From assembly GCF_009914755.1 (NCBI RefSeq), contig NC_060933.1: a DNA stretch of 64,000 nt. One strand, 5' to 3'. The position numbers were made by a program, and so were the translations under genes. This DNA comes from the human T2T-CHM13v2.0 reference genome, Homo sapiens. The notes below the pieces were generated by a model. The model was not told the origin of the DNA. It worked only from the letters and a program-made list of their open reading frames with translations, and made no database searches. Of this stretch, positions 1 to 12,799 are shown in pieces (the stretch's first letter is position 1; every line of letters begins with the position of its first letter).

Positions 1-588
1 TGTTGGGACAGGTAGCTGTGGTAAGGGTTGGGGACATGTTCTTAGCAACTTGACCACCAGTTATAAGGCAGTCAAGCCCACTATAACCACTTCCTACCTG
101 TTCCAGTTTTGCCCCCTGGCTATGTTAGAAGGGGTTGGATCCTCCAGGCATTGTCTTCACAGTTATCTTCTATCCTGAGCCTACCCCTGGTATGTAAGTT
201 CAGGAACCAGATGGGCCCTGCCTTTCATAGCCCTTCTAAGTACCACATGCCTACTTAAGACCGAGGAAAGACGTTAGCGAAGATACCTGTGTCATAGTTT
301 GAGTAATTAAAAATCTTAAAATCCTTGTTAAGTAAAGTAATAGATAATCATAAAATGGCTGAGTCACTTCTAAGTCACTTAAAATATTGAACAGTAATTA
401 TTAAACAAATTTAAATTTATGTACTTTGACATCTTATGGTATTTAAAAGCTAAATATATTTAGAACTGGTAAACAAAAATGTGAGAAAACAAATCTTTCT
501 AAAAATTATAAAATGTTTTCATCTATAAACACTGATATAAAACTGCTCAAACTTCCTAAGTTTTCACTAGAAGTTAGGGTTACTAAGA

Positions 589-1380
589 TAAGCACTTCTC
601 AACAGAAGACATACACATGGCCAACATCAATAATCATTAGAGAAATGCAAATCAAAACTGCAATGAGATCACATCTCACATCAGTCAGAATGGCTACTAC
701 AAAGTAAAAAAATAACAGATGCTGGTGAGGTTGTGGAAAAAAGAGAGTGCTTATAAATTACGGGTGGGAATGTAAATTAGTTCAGCCACTATGGAAAGCA
801 GTTTGCAGATATCTCAAAGAACTTAAAATAGAACTACCATTCAACCTAGCAATCCCATCACTGGGTATATACCCGAAGGGAAATGAATCATTCTACCAAA
901 ATGATACATACACACATATGTTCATCACAGTACTATTCACAATAGCAAAGGCATGGAATCAATCTAGATGCCCATCGACAGTGGATTGAATAAAGAAAAT
1001 GTGGTATATATACATGAAGAAATACTATGCAGCCAGTAAAAAGAATGAAATCATATCCTTTACAGCAACATGGATGCAGCTGGAGACCATTATCATAAGC
1101 AAATTAATGCAGGAACAGAAAACTGAATCCTGCACGTACTCACTTATAAGTGGGAGATAAACATTGAGTACACGTGGATACAAAAAGGGGAACAATAGAC
1201 ACTGGGGTTTACTAGAGGGTGGAGGGTGGGAGATTGGAAAACTACCTACTGGGCACCATGCTTACTACCTGGGTGACAAAATGATTTCTACACCAAACCC
1301 CAGTGACATGCAATTTACCCATGTAACAAACCTGAACATGTACCCTCTGAAATGAGAAAAGTTGGAAGGAAAAAATAAAA
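589..1380 (+). mobile_element. 5'-truncated L1 (ORF2 C-terminus plus 3'UTR, L1P-type)
   Basis: ORF2-like peptides (IIREMQIKT, CKLVQPLWK, AIPSLGIYPK) and an A-rich tail. 19-bp TSD gaagttagggttactaaga (570-588) / gaaattaaggttactaaga (1381-1399). Confidence 0.9.
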
Positions 1381-1440
1381 GAAATTAAGGTTACTAAGAG
1401 TATACTAATTCTATATACAGAGTGTATAAGGAAAAGCAAG

Positions 1441-1742
1441 GGCTGGGTGTGGTGGCTCATGCCTGTAATCCCAGCACTTTGGGAGGCTGAAGTGGGAGGA
1501 TTGCTTGAGCCCAGAAATTCAAGACCAGCCTGAGCAACATGGCAAAAACCTGTCTCTACAAAAATTCAAAAATTAGCCAGGTGTGGTGGCATGTGCCTGT
1601 AGTCCCAGCTATTCCAGAGGCTGAGGTGGGAGGATTGCTTGAGCCTAGAAGGCTGAGGTTACAGTGAACCATGATCATGCCACTACCCTCCAGCCTGGGT
1701 GACACAGCAAGACTTTGTCTCAAAAAAAATAATAATAATAAA
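1441..1742 (+). mobile_element. Alu (AluJ-like)
   Basis: Dimeric Alu with ggattgcttgagcc diagnostic; TSD aaggaaaag. Confidence 0.9.
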
Positions 1743-1795
1743 GGAAAAGATAGATGGGCTTTTAGTGAAAAACTTTGTAAAAACATGAAAATGGC

Positions 1796-1892
1796 CTTGG
1801 ATGATGGGTACTACAAAAGCCCAGACTTCACCACTGTACAATTCATCCATGTACCCCAAAACCACTTGTACCCCTAAAGCTATTGAAATAAG
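1796..1892 (+). mobile_element. Short L1 3'-end fragment
   Basis: cagacttcaccact..caattcatccatgta..ccacttgtacccctaaagctattgaaata resembles an L1 3' terminus. Confidence 0.6.
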
Positions 1893-2361
1893 AGACATAA
1901 AAATGTATGTTTATTGAGAAAAAGATAATTTCATCTCACTTAATAGTTACTTAAAGATTATTTCAAATTAAAAAAATTTAAAAGATATGATAAAGCTAAA
2001 TATAAAAAGTGAAAACAATTCATTACAATATGTTATAAAAGGTTTGTAAAAATCTTGTGTAGTCAAAAGATGACTGAGATTAGATAATTTGGTTTATAAG
2101 GTTTTAGTAAAATTAACTTTAGTATTTATAATACACAAATACAAAAGTAAAATATGGCTTTCTCTTTTAAACAAAAATTTTCATGTAGTATTAATAGATA
2201 GTAAAAATTTTTGTTCACCTTATGAGTAAATGACAAAAAAAGACAAGAAGAGAAAAAGAGAGAAAGATTCTGTCTTATGCTATTTCTTAGATCTGTTAAT
2301 TGTTTGGAAAACTCAGTACCCTCTCAAAGAATAAAGTTTTTGCTTTTTAAAACCTTTTATT

Positions 2362-2708
<347 letters not shown>

Positions 2709-3688
2709 TTACAGTAACCTGTGATCCTATTTGGATTGTTTTAAACCTTTGACCTATTTGATGTTTCTCAAAATCAAATTTTGAATTCAAAATTCAGTCT
2801 TTTTGACCTGCAACTAACTTTGAGATACTACAGAGGGCTCTTACAACATCCAAAAGAGAGATAAATGGTTTGATATGTTAAATTATATGAAAAGTATTGT
2901 GAAATAAAGAATAAAGTTTAACGTTCTTCAAGTTATATTTTAATAGATATGTTATTAATATATGTTCCAAAATTATATGAGATTCCTAACATTCTGATAT
3001 GTCTTGATATATTATCAGTCATAATTATAGTTATTATGTTAAATTATTGTAGGCCACAGAAATAACCAAATTTCCTTGTCAGTTGTGTCTTTACAACCAT
3101 TTGAAGTCATTTCCACAGTTGATTACTTAATTCTGAAACAGTTTCTAAAAATTTTTCAAAAGCAAGTAAAATTCTAGTGTATTGTGTCTTCAAAGAAGTT
3201 CATGGAAAAGATAAAAAGGACCCTGACAAAACTTGCTTAAATACAGGTTTCTGATGACTTTAGAACCATATCATTTGGACTGGGTAAGAATTTCCTAAAA
3301 CTCTTAAGAAAGAGACAGACTGGTTTATAAAACTGATAACCCAACCAGGACAAAAATTAGTTGAATACCAAAAAAATACTTTGCCAGATTTTCATGCTAA
3401 AGAAGCTGGTACTGAAATTGTTTAGATATGCAATTTGAATGAACTCCATGATCCACATCACATTACATATGATAACCCATCTAATAAACAATGGTAGGCA
3501 CCTGAACTAGAAAAGCAAAAATAGAGTTTAAGAAGATGTAAATCCAATGTTAAGCATAGACTCAGAACCTAGATGGCTGCCTAGTTATTCCTGAGTATTT
3601 AAAGCTTTCATTATTAAAAGCTGTGCATTCCATGACTCTTAAGGAAGAAATAAGATGATGCAAATATGCAAATAGAATATATATTGAC

Positions 3689-3998
3689 AGCCGGGCCCGG
3701 TGGCTCAAGCCTGTAATCCCAACACTTTGGGAGGCTGATGCAGGCGGATCACGAGGTCAGGAGTTCAAGACCAGCCTGACCAACATGGTGAAACCTCGTC
3801 TCTACCTAAAATACAAAAATTAGCTGGGTGTGGTGGCACACACCTGCAATCCCAGCTACTCAGGAGGCTGAGGCAGGAGAATTGCTTGAACCTGGGAGGT
3901 GAGGTTGCAGTAAGCGAAGATCGTGCCACTGCACTCCAGCCTGGGCAACATAGTGGGACTCTGTCTCAAAAAAAAAAAAAAAAAAGAAAGAAAGAAAA
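3689..3998 (+). mobile_element. Alu (AluS)
   Basis: Full dimer; TSD agaatatatattg / agaatacacattg. Confidence 0.9.
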
Positions 3999-4564
3999 GA
4001 ATACACATTGGCATGGTGACTATTCTAAATTGCTAAAATTGTTTATGACCAATGTTTGGTTTCTTAAATTCATAATCCTGGAAAGACAATCAGAATTTCA
4101 GGTACATGTTTTCTACCTGATGGGCCATGTAAACAGTTATAGAAGAATTTTACTCACTTTTCATTTTCAAGGCATCTTTTCTAGTTGTTTTTATAAAAGA
4201 TTTCCCGTGCAAGGGCGCTGATGTTATAACAATAGATAAAAGGTTATTTTAAAAATTTGTTTCCCTCCTGGGTTGTTCCTGAAGAAATCTCCAGCAAAAA
4301 ACATACTTGTTTCACTGGACAAGTTGTAAGATAGTTAAATAAGGTGTTACAGATACAGTAACATTAGACAAAGCTAACTGAGTTGACTAGATTGCCTTGG
4401 TCAAAGATATTAGAGTTTAATGACAATCAGATCTACTTCCAGTGAAAACATAAGTTGACCTCTTACACAATAGTCACTAAAAGGCCTATGCTTCTAATAA
4501 TAAAACTTCAAATATCTTCTGTTTCTAAATTCTGATATAACTAAATGCTACAAGGTTTTAATGC

Positions 4565-4987
4565 GCATGTGTTTGGATATTTGTACCCTCCAAATCTCAT
4601 ATCGAAATATGATTCCCAATGTTAGAGGTGGGGCCTGGTGAAAGGTGATTGGATCATGGGGGCGGATCCCTCATGAATGGTTTAGCACAATCTCCTTGGT
4701 GATAAGTGAGTTCTTGCTCAGTTAGTTCACATGCAATCTGATTGTTTGAAAGTCTGGGACCTCCCTCTCACCTTGTTCTCCCTTACTCCCTCTGTTGCCG
4801 CGTAATATCCTGGCTTCCCACTTTGCCTTCCACAACTGTAAGTTTCCCGAGGTCCTCACCAGAAGCCAAGTAGATGTTGGCATCATGTTTGTACAGCCTG
4901 TAGAACCAAGAGCCAATTAAACTACCTTTCTTTAAAAATTACCTAGTCTCAGGTATTCTGTTATAGTAATGCAAATGGATTAATGCA
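4565..4987 (+). mobile_element. MaLR solo LTR (MST-type), copy 1
   Basis: ccctccaaatctcat..gattggatcatggggg..tgtaagtttcccgagg..aattaaa; TSD aatgc (4560-4564 / 4988-4992). Confidence 0.85.
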
Positions 4988-5000
4988 AATGCATTATGCC

Positions 5001-5403
5001 TAATATGGTTTGGATATGTTTCTCCTCCAAATCTCATGCTAAAATGTAATTCCCAGTTAGAGATGGGCCTGGTAGAAGGTGTTTGAATCATAGGGGTGGA
5101 TCTCTCATGAATGGTTCTGCACCAGCCCTTTGGTGATAAGTGAGTTCATGCAATATCTGATTGTTTAAAAGTGTGTGACAACACCCCTGCTTGCCCCCAC
5201 TCTTGCCATGTGATGTGTCTGCTCTGCCTTTGCCTGTCACCATGACTGGAAGATTCCTGAGGCCCTCACCAGAAGCTGATGCTGGCACCACACTTCCTGC
5301 TCACCCTGCAGGAACCATGAGTCAATTAAATCTCTTTTCTTTATAAATTACCCAGTTTCAGGTATTCCTTTTCTTTATAGCAACACAAGAACAACCTAAC
5401 ACA
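5001..5403 (+). mobile_element. MaLR solo LTR (MST-type), copy 2
   Basis: Same family motifs as copy 1; perfect TSD atgcc (4996-5000 / 5404-5408). Confidence 0.85.
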
Positions 5404-5657
5404 ATGCCCAAGTGTATTTTCACTAGATAAAGAAAGCTTTTTGTGGTCCACGGACTGAGGGCAATCTAACCCTTCATGGATCTAAAACCCAGAGATTGGG
5501 TCTTTTGGAAATGATCAGAGAAAGACTGCCCTTGCCACTCACACTGCAGCAAAACTTTGGAACCTTGAAACTTGGGTTTGTAATCTCACAACTCAGAAAG
5601 GCCCCTTCCCACTCTGGGAACTATACACCCATTAGACACCTTAAGGCAAAGCTAACC

Positions 5658-6108
5658 TTCCAGGTCCAACCCACAGACCCTGACCCAGTGAAAGATAAAA
5701 GACATACACTGACACAGATATTTTGCCCGTCAGCACAGCTAAGGGGCTCTGCTGCCTGAGTCCACAGCGTCGGCCTTGATAATTCTCGAAGTTCACGTTT
5801 ATTTAGTACAGATTTAATGACAAAGGCTTTGAGTTAACACACTTGTGGATAATTAACGTGGTTGTCCTCCCAGGAAAGACCAGACCTATGAATGATCAAA
5901 GGTCGGTCTTAGGACCACATGAGTAAACAAGCTCTTTAGGTAAACTCCTTTACATTCCTTTATACCTACTCTAAGCTATTAACTCAAGGTAAGAGGATTA
6001 GGCCACTCTCAGCCATAACCTATCTTGAGGCTTTTGCAAAACCTTCCGGCCTTCCAAGAAGGTTTGTGTCTATTTTACAATTTCTCCCACCACCCTGACT
6101 GAACTACA
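5658..6108 (-). mobile_element. 3' LTR (LTR22 family)
   Basis: Direct repeat of 10398-10847. The minus strand begins tgtagttcagtcagggtggtgggag, preceded by PPT agaaaaggtggaga (6109-6122). Confidence 0.92.
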
Positions 6109-6109
6109 T

Positions 6110-6600
6110 CTCCACCTTTTCTGTTTTTAGCATCAGGTTTCGTTGATTAGAGAGTACAGATGTGTGCAGCAACAGGTCTGTCAGGTGCGGTGGTCACTGC
6201 TCATATTCTGGCTTTGCATCTTAGAATTAGTAAATAACATAAAACAAACATGAGTATAATTAGCAATATTCTTTTCTAATCAAGGAGTGACCTGTAGTGT
6301 TACCTGGCACTTCAGTTCGATGTGTGCCGTTACTAAGGAACCCCACTGGGGGTATGTTAATCCCTCTTAGTTAAGCAGTCACGTTGTTGGAAGCTGGGAA
6401 GAGGGTGTTTGTCAAAGTAACAGGGCAGAAGAAAGGCAGATTTAAGAGATGAGCCCAATAGAGTGTAGCAGGTACTGGTTGCAGGCAGAGTGAGAAAATT
6501 AAAAAAGGAATAAATTATTTGGTTGTGAATGGTGTTTGTGTTTGGAGCAGGATGCGCTTCACCTTCTGAGTTGTTTTCTTCGGCATCCTGTCTGGGGCCT
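6110..6600 (-). pseudogene. env: HML-5 env remnant (N-terminus joined to the TM anchor; most of SU/TM deleted)
   Basis: Minus-strand translation gives KKTTQKVKRILLQTQTPF..LYWAHLL, then the hydrophobic ILLIILMFVLCYLLIL, within about 500 bp; contains stops. Confidence 0.75.
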
Positions 6601-9515
6601 GTGTTGTCCAAGGAAGCCGCATTGTCCAGGGCTGTGGGTCCTGTAGGGTCATTTTCTTTATTTCTGGTACTGGGTTGGGTCCTAGCCACGCCATGGTATG
6701 GTTTGATGCATCGTGCTAAAATCCAAAGAGGACCTGAGGGGGTGTAACACAAGCATATCCTCTTCCCCATGTTAGCAAATCATTTGGACCACACTATTCA
6801 TTACTATTTACATCCTTCCATAAAACTGTGGGTTTTGTCTTGAGAGGTTTTAGCAAAGTGCTTTTCTATAGCTGATTGAAATTTGTCATCTAAATTTAAA
6901 AAATTAAGGGTAAATAAGGCTTGTGCTAGTTGTGTTCCAGGGTCCTTACCCATACTCCCCCTTTTGGTTTTCTGAGCATATTTTTAAGGGTAGAGTGGGC
7001 CTGTTCTATGACCTGTCCTTGGGGGTTATACGGGATGCCTGTGGAATGCTGGATGTTCTGTGTGTGATAAAATTGTTGAAATTATGAGCTGGCATAAGCT
7101 GGACCATTATCAGTTTTAATTTTTGTGGGCCGCCCCATAAATGCAAAAGTTAAAAGACGATGTTTAATGACATATCCAGTGGACTCTCCAGGAAGAGCGT
7201 GTGCACTAATTAGATGAATGTTGGTATCAACGGATACATGTACATATCTTAGTTTTCCAAATTCAGGGACGTGTGTAACATGTTTGCCATAACTGATTAG
7301 GTTCTAGTCCTCTAGGGTTAACACCTGTAGAAGAAGGGGACGTGCCTGTGAGCTGGCAATCTGGGCATTGCAGGATAATTTGTTTAGCTAGTCTTTGGGT
7401 AAGTTGAAATTGTTTAGTTCAGTTTCTCCAATTTTGGTGGAAAAGTTGATGTGATTGGGTGGCTTGGTCAAGCAGTGATGTCATAACTTTTAGGTCTGCT
7501 TGATCATTGCCATAAGCCAATGGGCCAGGCAGTGAACTGTGGGCCTGAATGTGTGTAATAAAAATAGGATTTGTACGTTGATCTCGCAATTGCTGAAGCT
7601 GGAGAAAAAGTGCACACAGGATGGGCTCTAGAGTAGACCTAGTTAGGGCTGTCTCAGGTTCTGCAATAAATAGAGTAAGTAGAGTCACTAACAATATTGA
7701 TGAGCTGCGCAGAAAAAGTTTCCAAGGCCAATATTAAGGCTCCAACCTCAGCTCTCTGAGTGCTAGTAAATCCAGAACAAGTGAGGAAATTATGTGTTCT
7801 CCACCAAACAGCCACCTTTCCATGTTTACCAGAGCCGTCGGTAAACAGTGTTAAAGTGTTAGGTATGGGGGATTGAAATTTTTGTAGGCAAAACCATAGA
7901 AGTACGAGATAAGAACTGAAGGAGCTTGTCAGCAGTAAGCATATGTTCTAAATGGCCTGTGTAATCAGAGAGTGCTGTCTGAAGATCTAAAGAGAGGGGC
8001 AATACTGCTTCAAATGGCTTTTTACTCAAAGGAATTCTTATGACATCAGGGTCATAACTTAGCAACTGATTGCATAGTCTGCGGCCTGAATAGATGACTT
8101 TACTGACTAACTGGATATAGGTCGAGTGTGTTTTAATCCTGGTATGTGAGCAAAAAACCCATTCTAGAAAGCGTAGCCCTGGGGCCATCTGTCCTATTAA
8201 CCCTGTAGGGGAGTGTTTATTAGGGAAAATAAACAATTGGATGGAATATTGGGTGTCTATGCGAACTAGTTGCCTTTGGGAAATAGCTTGTTCTATTTCT
8301 TCAATTTCCCTTTGTGCTGCAGGAGTTAAATATCTGGGAGAGTCCAGGGCTGTATTGCCCTTTAAGATACAAAACAGGTTTTGCAACTTATCAATAGATA
8401 CGCCCAAGGTGGGGCGAAGCCAGTTAATATCGCCCAGTAATTTTTGATAATCATTTAAGGTGTGTAAGTTGCTAGTATTTAATTTAACCTTTTGAGGACT
8501 TACTGATTGAGGAAGTTAGTATGTATCCAAGATATTTCCAAGGAGAGGACATTGGTATCTTCTCAGGTGCTATGATTAAACCTCTTAACTGTGTATTCTT
8601 TACCACAGAGGCATGTAATTTTAAAAGTACTCACTCCAGGCTGGTCATGGTGGCTCACGCCTGTAATCCCAGCACTTTGGGAGGCCGAGGCGGGCGGATC
8701 ACGAGGTTAGGAGATCGAGACCATCCTGGCTAAAACGGTGAAACCCTGTCTCTACTAAAAATACAAAAAATTAGGTGGGCGTGGTAGCGGGCGCCTGTAG
8801 TCCCAGCTACTCAGGAGGCTGAGGCAGGATAATGGTGTGAACCCAGGAGGTGGAGCTTGCAGTGAGCCGAGATTGTGCCACTGCACTCTAGCCTGGGCGA
8901 CAGAGCAAGACTCTGTCTCAAAAAAAAAAAAAAAAGTACTCGCTCTGTTGGGGCTGCTAGTAAATATCATCCATAACATGGATAATCTTGCAATTAGGAA
9001 ATAATTTTCTACTGGGGAGCAAAGCCTGATTTACATGATACTGACACACGGTAGGACTGTTCAGCATTCCTTGAGGAAGCACTCTCCAGTGAAATCAACA
9101 AACTGGCCTTTCATTATTGATAGCTGGTATTGTAAATGCAAATTTTTCTCTGTCCTGTTCTGCAAGGGGAATCCTATAAAAACAGTCTTTAAGTCAATAA
9201 CGATTATAGGCCCATCTTGAGGAATCGCTGCGGGGGAGGGGAGGTCCTGTTGAAGAGGCCCCGTAGACTGCAAATTAGCATTAATAGCACGTAAGTCATG
9301 CAAAAGTCTCCATTTACCAGAGTTTTGGGGAATGACGAAAATGGGTGAATTCCAAGGGCTGTTAGATGGTTCTATATAACCGGCTTTTAATTGCTCCTCA
9401 GCTAATTCATGGGCTCTATGTAATTTCTCTCCCTTCTAAGGTCACTGTTCTACCCAAATAGGATTTCAAGGGAGCCACGTCAAGGGTAGTGGAGGAATAA
9501 CAGTGGCCATTATTA
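6600..9515 (-). pseudogene. pol: HML-5 pol (RT-RNaseH-integrase), disrupted by frameshifts, stops and an AluY
   Basis: HDLRAINA and IIVIDLK (RT), [13 protein letters not shown] (YxDD-like, about 8960-8985), ITHIQAHSSLPGPL..GNDQAD (RNaseH), HQLFH..CPDC (integrase HHCC), GPLWILARCIKP (IN C-terminus). Confidence 0.88.
8639..8935 (+). mobile_element. AluY inserted in HML-5 pol
   Basis: AluY diagnostics; TSD aaaagtactcactc (8623-8636) / aaaagtactcgctc (8932-8945). Confidence 0.92.
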
Positions 9516-9524
9516 GAAAGAGGT

Positions 9525-10245
9525 TTGCAGTTCACATAATTCATCAAATTCTGCCCTCCAGAGGAGGTACTGACTGGCGTTTAAAGTTGTTTTAGCTAGC
9601 ACTGACCAGTCCCATGGAGTCATATAGAAGTTGTCTGCTCTGGCCTCAATTAATCCTTTCATTAAATGGGCTAGCGGCTCCGTTATCTCTAATGCTTTTC
9701 CTTATCTCTTTATGTACCTGATTGCCTTGTTAATCTTGTATTACCTGGCAGGCTAAGAGCTCCCCTTCTAATGCCGCTTGCCTAAGACAGGGTCCCATAG
9801 CTATAGCGTATCCCCTGTCTTTTTTCCAATTTATTGGAAGAGGGGGCTCAGGCAAAACCTCCGTATCCTCTTTGTTATTTTGGCTCAGTGATAGCAGGGC
9901 TAAGGGATAAGGAGGTGGTAAAGTAGGTGACTGTTTCTCCTTCCTTCCCTTTTTAGGCTTTTCTGTGTATAACGAGGCCAGAGCTGCCTTAATTAAGGCC
10001 CATAACATTAGAGATGTTACTGGGACCTGTTGCCCTTGCGCATGATGTTGTTTAAGATTTCTCTCCACTTGTTCCCAGAACTCTACGTCTAGTGTACCTT
10101 CTTCTGGGAACCATGAGTTATGGGATACAACAGTTTGCATTAGGTCCCTTAATTGAGCCTGTGAAACCGAGGCTCCACTAATTTTAAGCAGCTGTTTCAA
10201 TACTTTTATCTACTGTTGCTGTTGAGCTGATAACTGTTGTCCCAT
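9525..10245 (-). pseudogene. gag: HML-5 gag remnant (MA to the start of CA; rest of gag and pro deleted)
   Basis: ATG at 10245 reads MGQQLSAQQQQ*IKVLKQLLK..WFPEEGTLD..PPPY (late-domain-like), then WRAEFDELC joined directly to the pol start. Confidence 0.85.
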
Positions 10246-10377
10246 GATGAAACCTAGCCTGAACAATTCCCTCAAACTTGGAAATCCCAAGCAGGTACCA
10301 ATGACTTACTGATTTACTAACTGTGCAGTCTTCTTCACCTTCGTTTTTGAGGGTTCTCTCACAATTCGTGGCAGCGT

Positions 10378-10395
10378 TCCTCACATGGGGCACCA
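10378..10395 (-). other. Primer-binding site complementary to the tRNA-Met 3' end
   Basis: Minus strand tggtgccccatgtgagga, 2 nt after the 5' LTR; one mismatch to the recalled elongator tRNA-Met end (..UCCUCACACGGGGCACCA). Confidence 0.85.
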
Positions 10396-10397
10396 CC

Positions 10398-10847
10398 TGC
10401 CGGGTCTGACCCACAGACCCTTACCCCGTGACAGATGAAAGATGTACACTGACACAGATATTTTGCCCGTCAGCACGGCTAAGGGGATCTGCTGCCTGAG
10501 TCCACAGTGTCAACCTTGATAAGCCGGCGAAGTTCACATTTATTTAGTACAGATTTAATGACAAAGGCTTTGAGTTAACACACTTGTGGATAATTAAGAT
10601 GGTCACTCTCCCAGGAGAGAGCAGTCCTACAAATGATCAAAGGTCAGCACCACATGAGTAAACAAGCTCTTTAGATAAACTCCTTTACATTCCTTTGTAC
10701 CTCCTCTCAGCTATTAACTCAAGGTAAGAGGATTAGGCTGCTTTCAGCCATAACGCTATCCTGAGGCTTTTGCAAAACCTTCCAGCCTTCCAAGAAGGTT
10801 TGTGTCTATTTTACAATTTCTCCCACCACCCTGACTGAACTCCTACA
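10398..10847 (-). mobile_element. 5' LTR (LTR22 family)
   Basis: tg...ca termini on the minus strand, followed by the PBS. Confidence 0.92.
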
Positions 10848-11001
10848 CTAACCAGCAAAGTTTCTCCTCAGAAACAGACAACATCCTAGATGTGGACAAC
10901 TTTTGCAAGATGACAGATTAATGATCAGGGCTTCTCTACTATCATGAAGCTCTTACCTGTCAGTTTTTTCCTTGCTCACACCTCTATGAACAATAAAACT
11001 A

Positions 11002-11322
11002 GGCTGGGGTCAGTGGCTCATGTCAGTAATCCCAGTGCCTTAGGAGGCCAAGGCAGGAAGATTGCTTGAGGCCAGGAGTTCAAGACCAGACTGGGCAACA
11101 CAGTGAGACACTGTTTGTGGTCAAATTATGGGTTGACCCCCTACTCCAAATATATGAAAATGATTTGCTAGACTTGGTGGCATGCACCAATAGTCCCAGC
11201 TACTTAGCAGGCTGAAGCAAGATGATCACTTGAGCTCAGGAGTTTGAGGCTACAGTGTGCTATAATCACACCACTGCACTCCAGCCTGGGCAACAGAGCA
11301 AAACCCTGTCTCAAAAGAAAAA
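11002..11322 (+). mobile_element. AluJ with a small insert in the linker
   Basis: Dimeric Alu; TSD acaataaaac. Confidence 0.85.
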
Positions 11323-11756
11323 CCCACAATAAAACCAGAAAATGAGTCTCTTATGTGCATTTCTGGAGTGTACTTTTATTTGTAGAGGATTTTTTAAGCA
11401 ACCTTATAAACTTATACATGGACAACATTATGCATTGATAAAAGATAAAGGACCAACATGTGTGAAAAATTTTAATATACATTTGTTGCTTCATAATGAA
11501 TCAAAAAACAAAATATTGGTCCACTCCTCTTAGCTTGTATCATAGGTTAAAGAGAACATTGGCAGGAGGCCTTCACTCTTTTGGATGGACATCATTTGCT
11601 AGGTCTCTTTTTACATGATTTGGAGTAAATGATTCAGTAATTAAACATTTATTCCTCATAATAGACCTTATAGCAAATTCTACTACAAAGTCCATGGTTG
11701 CACAACAGACTTCTTTAAATTCTCTTACAGCCATGCGTAGAATGTCAAATGGACCC

Positions 11757-12107
11757 TGTATTAGTTCGTTCTCACACTGCTATGAAAAAATACATGAGAT
11801 TGGGTAATTTATAAAGGAAAGAGTTTTAATTGACTCGCAGTTTCATATGGCTGGGGAGACCTCAAAAGCATGGCAGAAGGCTAATGAGGAGCAAATTCTC
11901 ATCTTACAAGCAGGCAAGAGAGCTTGTACAGGGGATCTCCCATTTATAAAACCATCAGCTCTCATGAGACTTATTCACTACCACAAGAACAATATGGGAG
12001 AAACTGCCCCCATGATTCAGTTATCTCCACCTGGCCCCACCCTTGACACATGGGGATTAATACAATTCAAGGTGAGAGTTGAGCGGGGACACAGCCAAAC
12101 CATATCA
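11757..12107 (-). mobile_element. THE1 solo LTR
   Basis: Minus strand begins tgatatggtttggctgtgtcccc; TSD gaccc / gcccc. Confidence 0.88.
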
Positions 12108-12504
12108 GCCCCTCTCTGACTAGGATGACAAAAACTCAAAAAAAAGTATGATCGTGAAGTTGCCATAACGTGTGAATGACATGCTGAAGCCAGAAACCCA
12201 AAATGATGGTAACTGAGAGTGGCCCTAAATTTTGGTCTTACCTAAGTGAGAACCTGACCACAAGGGGGAAATATTTTAACAAAATTATGGGAGGCCATTG
12301 TTGAGGACTGAGCTCATACACTAGGCGCCAACAGATCAGGCCAAGCCAAAATGAAGTCACTCATACTAAATACAACAGAATTAAACTAAAACTTTAAGGA
12401 AACAAATAGATCCTAACATAGAGTAGGTTTTGTTTTCTCCTGAAAACAAGAGATTCCAGCACAAGGAGGTCCCCTCTGCTATAACCCTTATTAAAAAAAA
12501 AAGT

Positions 12505-12799
12505 GGCCATGTGCAGTGTCTCACTCCTATAATCCCAGCACTTTGGGAGACTAAGGCAGGTGGATCACCTGAGGTCAGGAGTTCAAGACCAGTCTGGCCA
12601 ATATGGCAAAACCCTGTCTCTACTAAGACTCTGAAAATTAGCTGGGCATAGTGGTGGGTGCCTGTAATCCCAGCTACTCAGGAGGCTGAGGCAGGAGAAT
12701 TGCTTGAATCCAGGAGGTGGAGGTTGCATTGAGCCAAGATCGTGCTACTGCACTCCAGCCTGGGTGACAGAGTGAGACTCTGTCTCAAAAAAAAAAAAA
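12505..12799 (+). mobile_element. Alu (AluSx-like)
   Basis: Full dimer, poly-A tail. Confidence 0.9.

Larger units (their letters stand above)
5658..10847 (-). mobile_element. HERV-K(HML-5)/HERVK22 provirus with internal deletions in gag-pro and env
   Basis: Two roughly 450-bp LTRs, perfect 6-bp TSD ctaacc (5652-5657 / 10848-10853), tRNA-Met-type PBS, PPT, and betaretroviral gag/pol/env remnants. Confidence 0.92.

Noticed and set aside
513-1355. ORFs resembling a reverse-transcriptase protein C-terminus
   Set aside because: Broken ORF2 end and 3'UTR of a truncated L1.
6357-10200. ORFs 6357-6770, 7419-7694, 7859-8407, 9061-9303 and 9730-10200 as functional genes
   Set aside because: They are fragments of HML-5 gag/pol. 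Gag has a stop at codon 12, pol is frameshifted and Alu-interrupted, and pro is absent.
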